In this document: positions 1 through 10,118 of the stretch, in pieces
How the letters are laid out: the number at the start of each line of letters is the position of its first letter
Position numbering within the stretch: position 1 is the first letter of the stretch
Origin: an uncultured Methylocystaceae bacterium
GTDB lineage: Bacteria > Pseudomonadota > Alphaproteobacteria > Rhizobiales > Beijerinckiaceae
Assembly (NCBI GenBank): GCA_945956975.1
Contig: CAMFKC010000001.1
Span: 1 to 40,046, forward strand
Reading direction: 5' to 3'
DNA: 40,046 nucleotides
Translations under genes and position numbers: made by a program
Notes under the pieces: model-generated
The model's input: the letters and a program-made list of their open reading frames with translations, nothing else
Database searches by the model: none
Told to the model about the DNA's origin: nothing

Positions 1-770
1 GCTCCATTATGGCGCTGGCGATGGTGTGCATCGCGCTCGCGGCCCAGGCCGGCGTCCCGTGGGAATTCTGCCTGCTGGTCGGTCCGCTCGTCGGGCTTGC
101 CGTCGGCTGGATCAACGGCGCGGGGCTCACCTACCTGTCGCTGCCCCATCCCTTCATCATGACGCTCGGCACGCTCAACATTGCGCGCGGCCTCACCTAT
201 CTCGTGACCGGCGGGGCGCCGGTGACGGGCCTGCCGCCGGAAGTGCGCTTCCTCGGCGTCAAGTACTGGACGCTCGGCCTGTTCGATCCGCCGGCCGGCC
301 TGCCGGTGAGCCTCGTGGTGGTCGCCGTCTGCGCCGTGGGCCTGTGGCTTTTCCTGCACTATACGTCGACGGGCCGCCATATCTTTGCGATCGGCGGCAA
401 TCCGCACGCGGCGCGGGTCTCCGGCGTCAATGTCGAGAAGGTGCTGATCATCGTCTATATGATCTGCGGCTTCTTCGCCGGCCTTGCCGGGCTTCTCCTG
501 GTCGGGCGCACCGGCAGCGGCTTTCCCAATGCCGGCATCGGCATCGAGCTCGATGCCATCGCGGCGGTGATCATCGGGGGCGCGTCGTTCTTCGGCGGCC
601 GCGGCAGCGTGCTGGGGGTCCTTGCCGGCGTGCTGATCATGGGCCTGCTGCGCAACGGCCTCAACATCAACAATGTCAGCGCTTTCTGGCAGATGATCCT
701 GATCGGCATCGTCATCATCATCGCCGTCTATATCGACGTCATCCGCCGCAAGGCCGCGACGCGCAAGTGA
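1..770 (+). CDS. Sugar ABC transporter permease (CUT2, RbsC/AraH-like), 5'-partial at window edge
   Basis: The frame of ORF 9..770 stays open to position 3. The sequence is multi-TM and hydrophobic, with the family-typical block GRTGSGFPNAGIGIELDAIAAVIIGGASFFGGRGS. It starts mid-protein relative to the ~320-aa permease paralogs in this window. Confidence 0.85.
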   Translation, partial: SIMALAMVCIALAAQAGVPWEFCLLVGPLVGLAVGWINGAGLTYLSLPHPFIMTLGTLNIARGLTYLVTGGAPVTGLPPEVRFLGVKYWTLGLFDPPAGLPVSLVVVAVCAVGLWLFLHYTSTGRHIFAIGGNPHAARVSGVNVEKVLIIVYMICGFFAGLAGLLLVGRTGSGFPNAGIGIELDAIAAVIIGGASFFGGRGSVLGVLAGVLIMGLLRNGLNINNVSAFWQMILIGIVIIIAVYIDVIRRKAATRK

Positions 771-840
771 GCATCATCCGCCGGATGCGTGCTCGTCTCC
801 GCGCAGCCGGAAATATTCTGTGAGACTGGGAGGACTGGAA

Positions 841-1743
841 ATGAAAAGAATTCTGCTGTCGGGCGTCGCCATGACGATGATGATGGGCGCGGCTTTCGCC
901 GATACCTATGTCGTCAGCATGAAGGGGCCGGCCTCGGGCAACCCGTACTGGGCGGCCTTCGAGAAGGGCGCGCTGGAGAAGGGCAAGGAGCTCGGCGTCG
1001 ACGTCGTCGTCGTTGCGCCGCCGAGCGAAACCGATATCCAGGCGCAGATCAGCCAGATCGAGGACCTGATCGCACAGAAGGTCTCGGGGATCGCCCTTGC
1101 TCCCACCGATCCGGCCGCGCTCGGGCCGGTCGTCGACCAGGCTAAGGAGGCCGGCATCCCGGTCGTGTTCGTCGATGGCGCTGGCTCCAACGAGGGCGTG
1201 CCCTTCGTCGGCACCAACAACCTCGCGGGCGGCAAGCTGGCCGGCGAGTTCATGTGCAAGAACCTGCCGCAGGGCGCGGAAGTGGCGATCCTGCAGGGCG
1301 TCCTGACGACCACCAACGGGGCCGATCGCTATAACGGCGCCAAGGAGGCGCTCGAAGCCTGCGGCATGAAGATCGTCGCCGCCCAGCCCGCCGACTGGGA
1401 CCGCGCCAAGGGTCTCTCCGTGACGGAATCGATCCTCAGCGGCAATCCGAACCTGGCGGGGGTTTTCGGCTCCAACGACAATATGGCGCTGGGAGCGGTG
1501 GAAGCGCTCAAGGCCGCGGCGAAGCTCGATAAGGTCATGGTCGTCGGCTACGACGCCAATCCGGACGCCGCTAACTCCATCCTTGCCGGCGAGATGACCG
1601 CCTCCATCGCCCAGGCACCGGGCAAGATGGCGGGCCTGGGCATCCAGTCGCTGGTGGACATGAAGGCCGGCAAGGAGGTTCCGCTCGTCACCGACCCCGG
1701 CACGGTGCTCGTCACGAAGGACAATGCCGGCGAGTACAAATAG
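841..1743 (+). CDS. Periplasmic sugar-binding protein (RbsB-like, type I PBP)
   Basis: ATG 841 lies 7 nt after GGGAGGA. N-terminal signal peptide MKRILLSGVAMTMMMGAAFA. The body is typical of ribose/monosaccharide SBPs (GIALAPTDP, VVFVDG, GSNDNMALGA). The GTG at 820 was rejected as start. Confidence 0.85.
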   Translation: MKRILLSGVAMTMMMGAAFADTYVVSMKGPASGNPYWAAFEKGALEKGKELGVDVVVVAPPSETDIQAQISQIEDLIAQKVSGIALAPTDPAALGPVVDQAKEAGIPVVFVDGAGSNEGVPFVGTNNLAGGKLAGEFMCKNLPQGAEVAILQGVLTTTNGADRYNGAKEALEACGMKIVAAQPADWDRAKGLSVTESILSGNPNLAGVFGSNDNMALGAVEALKAAAKLDKVMVVGYDANPDAANSILAGEMTASIAQAPGKMAGLGIQSLVDMKAGKEVPLVTDPGTVLVTKDNAGEYK

Positions 1744-2045
1744 AGGTCAACAAGTTGCGCCGTCTAGCGCAAGACACTTCCCGGATTCGGTTGCCCTCCC
1801 AAGGCGCCCGGCGCGTTCCCGATCGGAAGATCGGGGGCGCGTTCCATCTGGTCGAGATGAGATTGTCAGTCTGGCTCGTTCGGGCTCGTACGGGAACGCC
1901 CCGTCTTGTTCGCCTTGTGCCTGAACTGATGCGTCCTTCCGTGTGATGCATGAAGGAAAGCAGCCGCTTGATTTAACTGCCCTCGGACGAGCGACGCGAC
2001 TTCTCCGTTGAGATTGCCGCACAAAGACAATTCAACATCATAAAG

Positions 2046-2230
2046 AATGCGATGCGTCCCGTTGGTTGCGCAATGCGACTTTCTGTTTCCCGGAAGGCGT
2101 TCAATGCGATGTTACATCAGCCAACTTCGCAAGCGACGAGCCTATTTGAGATTATGGCGTTGGCGTGGAATGCGCGGTATCTTTGGCATAGACGCTTTGA
2201 GTAATGCTAAATCCTAGAAATAATGCGATG
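2046..2230. repeat. Cluster of AATGCGATG 9-mers in an A/T-richer spacer
   Basis: Exact AATGCGATG at 2046-2054, 2103-2111 and 2222-2230. Variants AATGCGAC at 2072-2079 and AATGCGCG at 2169-2176. The last exact copy is part of the hairpin CGATGC-CTTT-GCATCG (2226-2241). Confidence 0.6.
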
Positions 2231-2508
2231 CCTTTGCATCGGAGGACGTACGCTGTGTTCGAAGTTGCCCGAATAATCGCGGTGCCGAAAAATTCTTTAC
2301 ATTGAATTTACTTATGCATGCAGCCGATGCTCACAGTCGCGAGAACTCGCTCTCTACGGCCAACGAGTCGAGCTTGAAGAAATCAGCAGTCCATCTTTTG
2401 GCACGCATCAACCTCACTACGAGGGAGGGCTAGGATATATGGAAACGATTAGGAGCGTGGTATTTCACCTCCAAGCAATTCTGAAAGCAGTATGTGACAG
2501 TGCTCCTA

Positions 2509-2640
2509 TCAGAACGGCAAACCGTAGGCCACGATGAAGCCAGTGGCGATTATGAAGATGTAGAGGAATATTTCCGACCAAATACCTGCACGCCGCTTGA
2601 GAAGTCGGTGGATACGTTTCATAGTCGATTGGATGCGCAT
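2509..2640 (-). CDS. Hypothetical 43-aa small membrane protein
   Basis: Minus-strand ATG at 2640 lies 5 nt after a canonical AAGGAG (2646-2651). Product is MRIQSTMKRIHRLLKRRAGIWSEIFLYIFIIATGFIVAYGLPF: a basic N-terminus followed by one hydrophobic helix. It starts 53 nt downstream of the ATPase stop and is too short for the supplied ORF track. Confidence 0.3.
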   Translation of the reverse strand: MRIQSTMKRIHRLLKRRAGIWSEIFLYIFIIATGFIVAYGLPF

Positions 2641-2692
2641 CTTCGCTCCTTTGCTGTGCGATTGCCGCGACGAGCGGGGAAGCACTCGAATT

Positions 2693-4230
<1,538 letters not shown>

Positions 4231-4234
<4 letters not shown>

Positions 4235-5205
4235 AGGCGATACCCCTCTTGTCCCTTGCGGTTGAGCTGGCGATCGAGGAACAGCACGGCGATCAGGATG
4301 ACGCCGAGGATGACGAGCACGTAGAAGGCCGGCACCTGCATGAGGTTCATGCCGTTTCGCAGGATGCCGATGGCCAGCACGCCGCCGAGCGTGCCGACGA
4401 TATTGCCGGCCCCGCCCGTCAGCTTCGTGCCGCCGAGCACCACGGCGGTGATGACCCAGAGCTCGTAATCCTGGCCGAGCGTCGGCGTCGAGGCGCCCAT
4501 CTGGCTCGCCAGCGTCATACCGGCAAGGGCGGCGAGGAAGCCGAGGATGATGAAGTTGACCATCATGTGCGGGCCGATGCGGATGCCGGCATTGACGGCG
4601 GCCTGGCGATTGCCGCCGACGGCATAGGTGTTGCGGCCGTGGACGGTCTGCGAGAGCAGCCAGTGGACGAGGAGGGCGCAGACGAGAAAGACGACGGCGA
4701 GCGTCGGCAAGGGGCCGATATTGCTGGAGCCGAAATCCGAGAAGGCGAAGTTCGTCGCGTAGAAGGACTGTTCCTTCGTGTAGACGAAGACGATACCACG
4801 GATGCCGAGCATCGCGCCGAGCGTGACGATGAAGGCGTCGACACCGGTCCACCAGACGATGAGGCCGTTGAGCGCGCCGAGCGCCACGCCGGCAAGAAGG
4901 GCCGCCGCGACGGCGGGAACGAGTTGCCAGTCGCCCCAGCCCGCGAAGATCTCCCAGCCCTGGATATCCACGACGAGGCTTGCCGACAGCGCCACGATGC
5001 CGCCGACGCTGAGATCGATGTTGCCGTTGATCATCACCAGCGTCATGCCGAGCGCGATGAGGCCGATCGTCGACGTCTGGACGAGGATGTTCTCGAAATT
5101 CTGGAGATCGAAGAAGAACGGGTTCGCCAGGCTGAAGAAGACGAAGATCAGCAGGATGAAGCCCCAGATCGGATTGCGCGAAAGCCAGCGGAGGGTTCGG
5201 TTCAT
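4231..5205 (-). CDS. Sugar ABC transporter permease (CUT2)
   Basis: ATG 5205 is preceded by GAGGAG and lies 10 nt after the upstream permease stop. Multi-TM protein with INGNIDLSVGG and LGGTKLTGGAGN family motifs. Confidence 0.9.
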
Positions 5206-5215
5206 GGCGCGCTCC

Positions 5216-6190
5216 TCAGGCGAAGGGTGAGAACATGCGGCCGCGCTTGGCCGCGATGTCGAGCCAGACGGCCAGGATGATGACAACCCAGGTGACGAGC
5301 CACTGCACGTAATAGGCAAAGCCGAGCAGCAGGAGGCCGTTCTGGATGAAGCCGAGGATGAGCACGCCGATCACGGTCTTCGCGATGCTGCCGGAACCGC
5401 CGAGCAGGGACGTGCCGCCGAGGATGACGGCGGACAGCACGAGGAGCTCGTAGCCCTGGCCGACATTGTTCTGCGAGCCCATCACGCGGCTGCCGAGGAT
5501 GATGGCGGCGATGCCGGTGCAGAAGGCGGAGGTCATGTAGGTGGCGAGGACGACGCGGCCGCGGCGTATGCCGGAAAAGACCGCCGCTGTCGGGTTGCCG
5601 CCCGAGGCGTAGACGCGCCGGCCGAAGGGCGTATGCGCGAGCACGACATGCATGACGACCGCGAGCACGACGAAGATGAGGATCTGCGTCGGCACGCCGA
5701 GGATCGCGCCGCGGCCGAAGATGGCGAACCAGGTCGTGTCCTGGTTCTGGATGTCGACGTTCTGTCCCCCGGTATAGATGAGCGTCAGGCCCTGGATCGC
5801 CGAGAGCATGCCGAGCGTGACGATCAGCGAATTGAGCCGGGCCACGCCGACGAGAAGGCCGTTGACGGCGCCGACGGCAAGGGCGACGAGGAGCGTGACG
5901 GCGATGGCACTGATCGGGCCGATCTTGTCGTGCAGGTCGACGACCAGCACGGTAGAGAGCGACAGGAGCGAGCCGACGGAGAGGTCGAGGTTCCCGCAGA
6001 TGACGACGAGGGTGACGCCGAGCGCCATGACGCCGATGATCGCCGCCTGACGGAAGACGGCCTGCAGGTTGTCCGCGGTCATGAAGCGATCCGAGACGAC
6101 CGAGAAGCCGACCATGAAGAGGATAAAGGCGATAAGGATGCCCCGCTGCGTGAGAATCCTCGTTGCTGACTTCAGGCGTTCTTCCGCCAT
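5216..6190 (-). CDS. Sugar ABC transporter permease (CUT2)
   Basis: ATG 6190 (MAEERLKS...) is preceded by GGGAGA. ICGNLDLSVGS and LGGTSLLGGSGS motifs. Clear paralog of CDS 24960..25913. The longer 411-aa ORF start was rejected. Confidence 0.88.
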   Translation of the reverse strand: MAEERLKSATRILTQRGILIAFILFMVGFSVVSDRFMTADNLQAVFRQAAIIGVMALGVTLVVICGNLDLSVGSLLSLSTVLVVDLHDKIGPISAIAVTLLVALAVGAVNGLLVGVARLNSLIVTLGMLSAIQGLTLIYTGGQNVDIQNQDTTWFAIFGRGAILGVPTQILIFVVLAVVMHVVLAHTPFGRRVYASGGNPTAAVFSGIRRGRVVLATYMTSAFCTGIAAIILGSRVMGSQNNVGQGYELLVLSAVILGGTSLLGGSGSIAKTVIGVLILGFIQNGLLLLGFAYYVQWLVTWVVIILAVWLDIAAKRGRMFSPFA

Positions 6191-6243
6191 GGCCGGTCTA
6201 TCTCCCGTTTTGACGTCGATGGCGGTTGCAGGCGCGCGCATGG

Positions 6244-7041
6244 TCACACCAGTGTCATCCCGCCGTCGATCATGATGATCTGGCCCGTCATGTAGTCGCT
6301 TTCGCGGGAGGCGAGGAAGGTGGTCGTGCCGGTTATGTCGCTCGGTCGCGCGACGCGCCCGCGAAGTATCTCGGCGGAGAATTCCGCCATGGCCTGCCCG
6401 GGGCGTTCGGCCGCGCCGATATTCATGAGATCGCGGTCCACTTCCTCCCACATTTCCGTCGCCACCACGCCGGGGGCGAAACCCGTGACGGTGATGTCAT
6501 GCGGGGCGAGGGCGCGCGCTGCCGACTGGGTGAGGGAGACGACCGCCCATTTCGAGGCGCAATAGGGCGCGACATTGTCGAAGCCCTGGCGGCTCGCGAC
6601 CGAGGCGGTGTTGATGATCTTTCCGCCGCCGCCCTGCGCGATCATCTGGCGCGCGGCTTCCTGGATGCCGATCAGCACGCCCATGGCGTTGACGTTCATG
6701 ATGAACTGCCAGTTCTCGTCGGTCACGTCGAGGAAGTTCATCGGCTTGTTGACGCCGGCATTGTTGAAGCAGACGTCGAGCCGGCCGAAATTGTCGGCGA
6801 CGGCCTTGACGAGCCGGCGCATGTCCTCGCGCCTCGTGACGTCGACCGCATGTGCCATCGCGCGCCCGCCGGCCGCTTCCGCGCGCGCCTCGTTCGCCGC
6901 CGCGACCTCGGCGGCCAGCGCTCCGTTGACATCGGCGAAACAGACACTGGCGCCCTCGTCGAGCAGCGCCTCGCCGATCGCGCGGCCGATCCCGCGCGCC
7001 GCGCCCGTCACGAGGCAGGAAAGTCCGGAAACACGTCCCAT
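6244..7041 (-). CDS. SDR-family oxidoreductase (sorbitol/galactitol/2,3-butanediol dehydrogenase-like)
   Basis: TGAARGIGRA cofactor motif, NNAG, and the S...YCASK catalytic set. The C-terminal DYMTGQIIMIDGGM is typical of classical SDR polyol/acetoin reductases. Paralog of CDS 16015..16821. Confidence 0.88.
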   Translation of the reverse strand: MGRVSGLSCLVTGAARGIGRAIGEALLDEGASVCFADVNGALAAEVAAANEARAEAAGGRAMAHAVDVTRREDMRRLVKAVADNFGRLDVCFNNAGVNKPMNFLDVTDENWQFIMNVNAMGVLIGIQEAARQMIAQGGGGKIINTASVASRQGFDNVAPYCASKWAVVSLTQSAARALAPHDITVTGFAPGVVATEMWEEVDRDLMNIGAAERPGQAMAEFSAEILRGRVARPSDITGTTTFLASRESDYMTGQIIMIDGGMTLV

Positions 7042-7108
7042 CGATTACTCCATATGCATGAATGCGCGGGCCCCGCCTTGGAGGCCCGCGCGGTCCCGGG
7101 AGGACGTC

Positions 7109-8059
7109 TCAGAAGACCGGCTTGGTGAAGTCCTTCATGTTCGCCTTGGTGATCTTCGGTGTTTCGAAGTAGTTGAGGGCAGGGACCTTCTCGCCCTTGA
7201 CGACGGCGATCGCCGTCTTGAGGGCGTTCTCGGCGTCGTCGACCGGCGACTGGTAGATCGAGCCGTAATATTCGCCGCGCTCCATGGCCTCGTAGCCGAC
7301 GGCGAAGTTCGTCGCGCCCACGAAGGCGATCTTGTCGGCGCGGCCGGCGGCCTTGGCCGCGTTCAGCGCGCCGACGCCCATATTGTCGTCGCCGGAATAG
7401 ACGCCGTCGATCTTGTCGTACTTGACGAGGAAGGCCTCCATGACGCGCTGCGACTTTTCGCGGTTCCAGTCGCCCGGCTGGGTCTCCAGGATCTTGACGT
7501 CAGGGCAGGCTTCGGCGAGGCGATCCTCGAAACCCTTCTGGCGCTCGATGGCGGTCGTATAGCCCGGCTGGCCGGAAATCTGCACGATCTGGCCCTTGTT
7601 GCCGAGCGCCTCGCACATCAATTCGGCCGCCGAGGCGCCCTGCTGGATATTGTTGGGGCCGGAGAAGGAGGCGATGAACTCGGCGCCTTCCGGAGCGATG
7701 TTGGAATTCGTCACGATGACCGGGATGCCGGCGGCCTGGGCCTTGCGCACGGCGGGCACGACGGCCTTGCCGTTGGTCGGCCAGATGATGATGGCATTGA
7801 CCTTCTGCTGGATTAGGTCCTGCACCTGGGCGATCTGGCGGGCGACGTCGCCGCCCGCGTCGAGCACCACGGTTTCCACGCCGCTCTCCGCCGCGGCCGC
7901 TTCCTTGAAGGCCTTCTCATAGGTCGTCTGGTAGCTGTCGACGCCCACATTGTTCTGGGTGATGCCGATCTTGATCGTGTCGGCGAAGGCCGCATGGCCG
8001 CCCATGAGGGCGAAGGCGATGCTGACGCCGCCGGCAAGCTGCTTGAATTTCCTGTTCAT
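7109..8059 (-). CDS. Periplasmic sugar-binding protein (type I PBP)
   Basis: ATG 8059 follows GGGAGGA. Signal peptide MNRKFKQLAGGVSIAFALMGGHAAFA. Paralog of CDS 28495..29490 (shared QPGDWNREK/QPADWNREK and GVY..DD.MG.G blocks). Confidence 0.9.
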   Translation of the reverse strand: MNRKFKQLAGGVSIAFALMGGHAAFADTIKIGITQNNVGVDSYQTTYEKAFKEAAAAESGVETVVLDAGGDVARQIAQVQDLIQQKVNAIIIWPTNGKAVVPAVRKAQAAGIPVIVTNSNIAPEGAEFIASFSGPNNIQQGASAAELMCEALGNKGQIVQISGQPGYTTAIERQKGFEDRLAEACPDVKILETQPGDWNREKSQRVMEAFLVKYDKIDGVYSGDDNMGVGALNAAKAAGRADKIAFVGATNFAVGYEAMERGEYYGSIYQSPVDDAENALKTAIAVVKGEKVPALNYFETPKITKANMKDFTKPVF

Positions 8060-8205
8060 GTCGATTCCTCCCGTTTGTTGGCGTGATACCGGCTAGGTCC
8101 GCAGTTTCCTCCTTGCGATTCCCGGCCGGTGTCTCGGCCCGGCAAAACAAATCCTGCAAACCGACCCCGTGGGCCACGACTGATATATCCATATCTGATA
8201 AAAAA

Positions 8206-8222
8206 TAGTCCAAAATGGATGT
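8206..8222. promoter_or_regulatory. Candidate operator, 7-3-7 inverted repeat (site a)
   Basis: Read on the minus strand: ACATCCA-TTT-TGGACTA. It lies between the divergent SBP gene (start 8059) and regulator gene (start 8269). An extra ATATCCA half-site is at 8185-8191. Confidence 0.6.
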
Positions 8223-8268
8223 TTTGCGTGATACACAGGAATATGAAGTCGAATAGCACGAGGTGAAG

Positions 8269-10095
8269 ATGGCCAAACGATCCGAAGCCGGTTCGTCCGG
8301 TGCGCCGCGCAGGCTTGCGGACAGTTTGGCGCGCGCGGCAACGCACGATCGTTTCGAACGCAGCAGGAGTGGGCTGTCCGCCACCATGACAAGACAGAAG
8401 TCGGCCGAACTGCTCGAGACCGTGGATTTCATGGAGGCATTCGTTTCCGAGCTCGGCTCCGTGCTCGATCTTACCACCCACGATCCGTATCTTTCGATGG
8501 CGCTTCATCTCATGCGGACGCATCTCGAGGGAAGGTCCGTGACGGCGTCGTCGCTCGTCGCGGAATCCGGCGTCGCCTATGCGACGGGCATGCGCAAGCT
8601 TGCGGACATGCAGGAGGCGGGGCTCGTCGAGCAGCGCTCCCGCACGCGCACCGGCAAGAGCTTTTCCCTACATCCGAGCGCCCGGTTGATCGCGAGCTGG
8701 GGTGTCCTCGGCGAGCGCTTGCAGCGCATCGCCGCGCAACGGTACGGCGCGTCGGCGGGCGACAGGGGGGCGTCGGACTACTATTTTGGCGGCACCTATC
8801 TCCAGAGCCATTCGATCCCGCCGCCGAAGGTCCTGTCCGAGCCGCTTTCCGTGCCCGGCGGCATCCGCGTGCTCGTCCATGGCGACCCGACCTTCATGGT
8901 CATGGAGCACCTCAAGCGCCAGTTCGAGCAGATCGTCGGCACGAAGATCCACCAGCGGGCCTTCTCCATCGACCGCCTGCACGAGGAGGTGCTGAAGAAC
9001 GCCGAGCGGCGCACCAGCCGCTACGACATCGTCGCCGTGGATCTGCCGTGGATCGGCGAGCTCGCATCGAAGAACGTCATCCTGCCGCTGGATACCATAA
9101 TGGATATCGACCTGCTCGATCCCGGCGATTTTCACACGGCGGGATGGCAGGCCGCCCATTGGGGCCGGCGGCCCTACGGCGTTCCGAGCCAGACGACGCC
9201 GGAGCTCCTGTTCTATCGGCGCGATCTCTTCGCCCAGGCCGGCCTCGAACCGCCGACGACCACGAAGGGCGTGCTGGCCTCCGCCAAGGTGCTGCATGCG
9301 CCGGCGCTCGGCCGCTACGGCATCGCCTGGAACGCCGCGCGCGGAACGGCGCTCGGGCATACGTTCATGATGGCCTGCGCGGATTTCGGCCAGCCGCTCC
9401 TGAACCTGCGGGCGGTGCATGGCGGCTTCGACACGTCCAACCTTCACCGGGACGATCTCGTTCCGACGATCGATACGCCCCGCGCCCTCGAGGCGGCGGA
9501 ATATCTGATGGCGCTTCTGCAATATTCGCCGCCCTATATCCTCTCCATGTCGTGGTACGAGCGCATCCGGCCCTATGCCGCGGGCGAGGTCGCCATGGCC
9601 TATGGCTACACGCTGCTCGCGCCCTATTTCGAGCTCGACCCGAAATCGCCGGCCTTCGGGAACACGGCCTATCTGCCCCATCCGACGGGCACCGGCGGCG
9701 CGCCGGTCGCCCCTATCGGCGGCTATGTGCTGTGCATCCCCAGCAATCTTTCGGAAGAGAGAATGTCGGCCGCGACGCAGGCGCTGGTGGCCTTCACCTC
9801 GCCAGAGGCCCAGAAGCTCTACATCACCAACGGCAGCCGCACCGCGCCGCGCTATTCGGTCGGCGCGGACCCCGATGTCCGGCGTCTCTCCCCGATCTTC
9901 GAGGCGGTGGATGCCATGTCCTGGCGGGACGAGCTGCAGTTCTGGCCGCGCCCGCCGATCCCCGAGATCGCGAGCATCATCACGATCTGCGGCGAGGAGA
10001 TCCACGACATGCTGCGCGGTGCGATTTCCCCGCGCGAGGCCCTGCGCCGCGCGCAGGCGCGCGTGGAAAGGGAGATGAAGGGCCGGAGGCGGTGA
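8269..10095 (+). CDS. Putative transcriptional regulator: N-terminal winged-helix (MarR/ArsR-like) domain fused to a signal-peptide-less family-1 solute-binding-protein domain
   Basis: wHTH-like segment SVTASSLVAESGVAYATGMRKLADMQEAGLVEQRSRTRTGKSFSLHPS. The C-terminal ~430 aa carry SBP family-1 hallmarks (RYDIVAVDLPWIGE...ILPLD, PYGVPSQTTPELLFYRRDLFAQAGLEPP). No hydrophobic signal sequence. ATG 8269 follows GAGGTG; GTG 8263 is an alternative start. Confidence 0.75.
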   Translation: MAKRSEAGSSGAPRRLADSLARAATHDRFERSRSGLSATMTRQKSAELLETVDFMEAFVSELGSVLDLTTHDPYLSMALHLMRTHLEGRSVTASSLVAESGVAYATGMRKLADMQEAGLVEQRSRTRTGKSFSLHPSARLIASWGVLGERLQRIAAQRYGASAGDRGASDYYFGGTYLQSHSIPPPKVLSEPLSVPGGIRVLVHGDPTFMVMEHLKRQFEQIVGTKIHQRAFSIDRLHEEVLKNAERRTSRYDIVAVDLPWIGELASKNVILPLDTIMDIDLLDPGDFHTAGWQAAHWGRRPYGVPSQTTPELLFYRRDLFAQAGLEPPTTTKGVLASAKVLHAPALGRYGIAWNAARGTALGHTFMMACADFGQPLLNLRAVHGGFDTSNLHRDDLVPTIDTPRALEAAEYLMALLQYSPPYILSMSWYERIRPYAAGEVAMAYGYTLLAPYFELDPKSPAFGNTAYLPHPTGTGGAPVAPIGGYVLCIPSNLSEERMSAATQALVAFTSPEAQKLYITNGSRTAPRYSVGADPDVRRLSPIFEAVDAMSWRDELQFWPRPPIPEIASIITICGEEIHDMLRGAISPREALRRAQARVEREMKGRRR

Positions 10096-10118
10096 TCGCA
10101 TCCTCCGCCCCCGCCGTT

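Noticed and set aside
1754-1835. Hairpins just after the first SBP gene (TTGCGC-N6-GCGCAA at 1755-1772; CCCGATC-GGAA-GATCGGG at 1818-1835), considered as the operon terminator.
   Set aside because: The stems are short and neither is followed by a T-tract. They may contribute to termination, but the evidence is too weak to annotate as a terminator feature.
2439-2537. Plus-strand 32-codon ORF (METIRSVVFHLQAILKAVCDSAPIRTANRRPR) behind a strong GGGAGGG, overlapping the 3' end of the minus-strand membrane-peptide ORF. I considered a type I toxin-antitoxin-like or overlapping small-gene pair.
   Set aside because: There is no recognisable family, and the peptide is neither clearly hydrophobic nor conserved as far as I can judge. 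A toxin/antisense-RNA claim needs transcript data that I do not have. It is kept only as a note inside the small-ORF finding.
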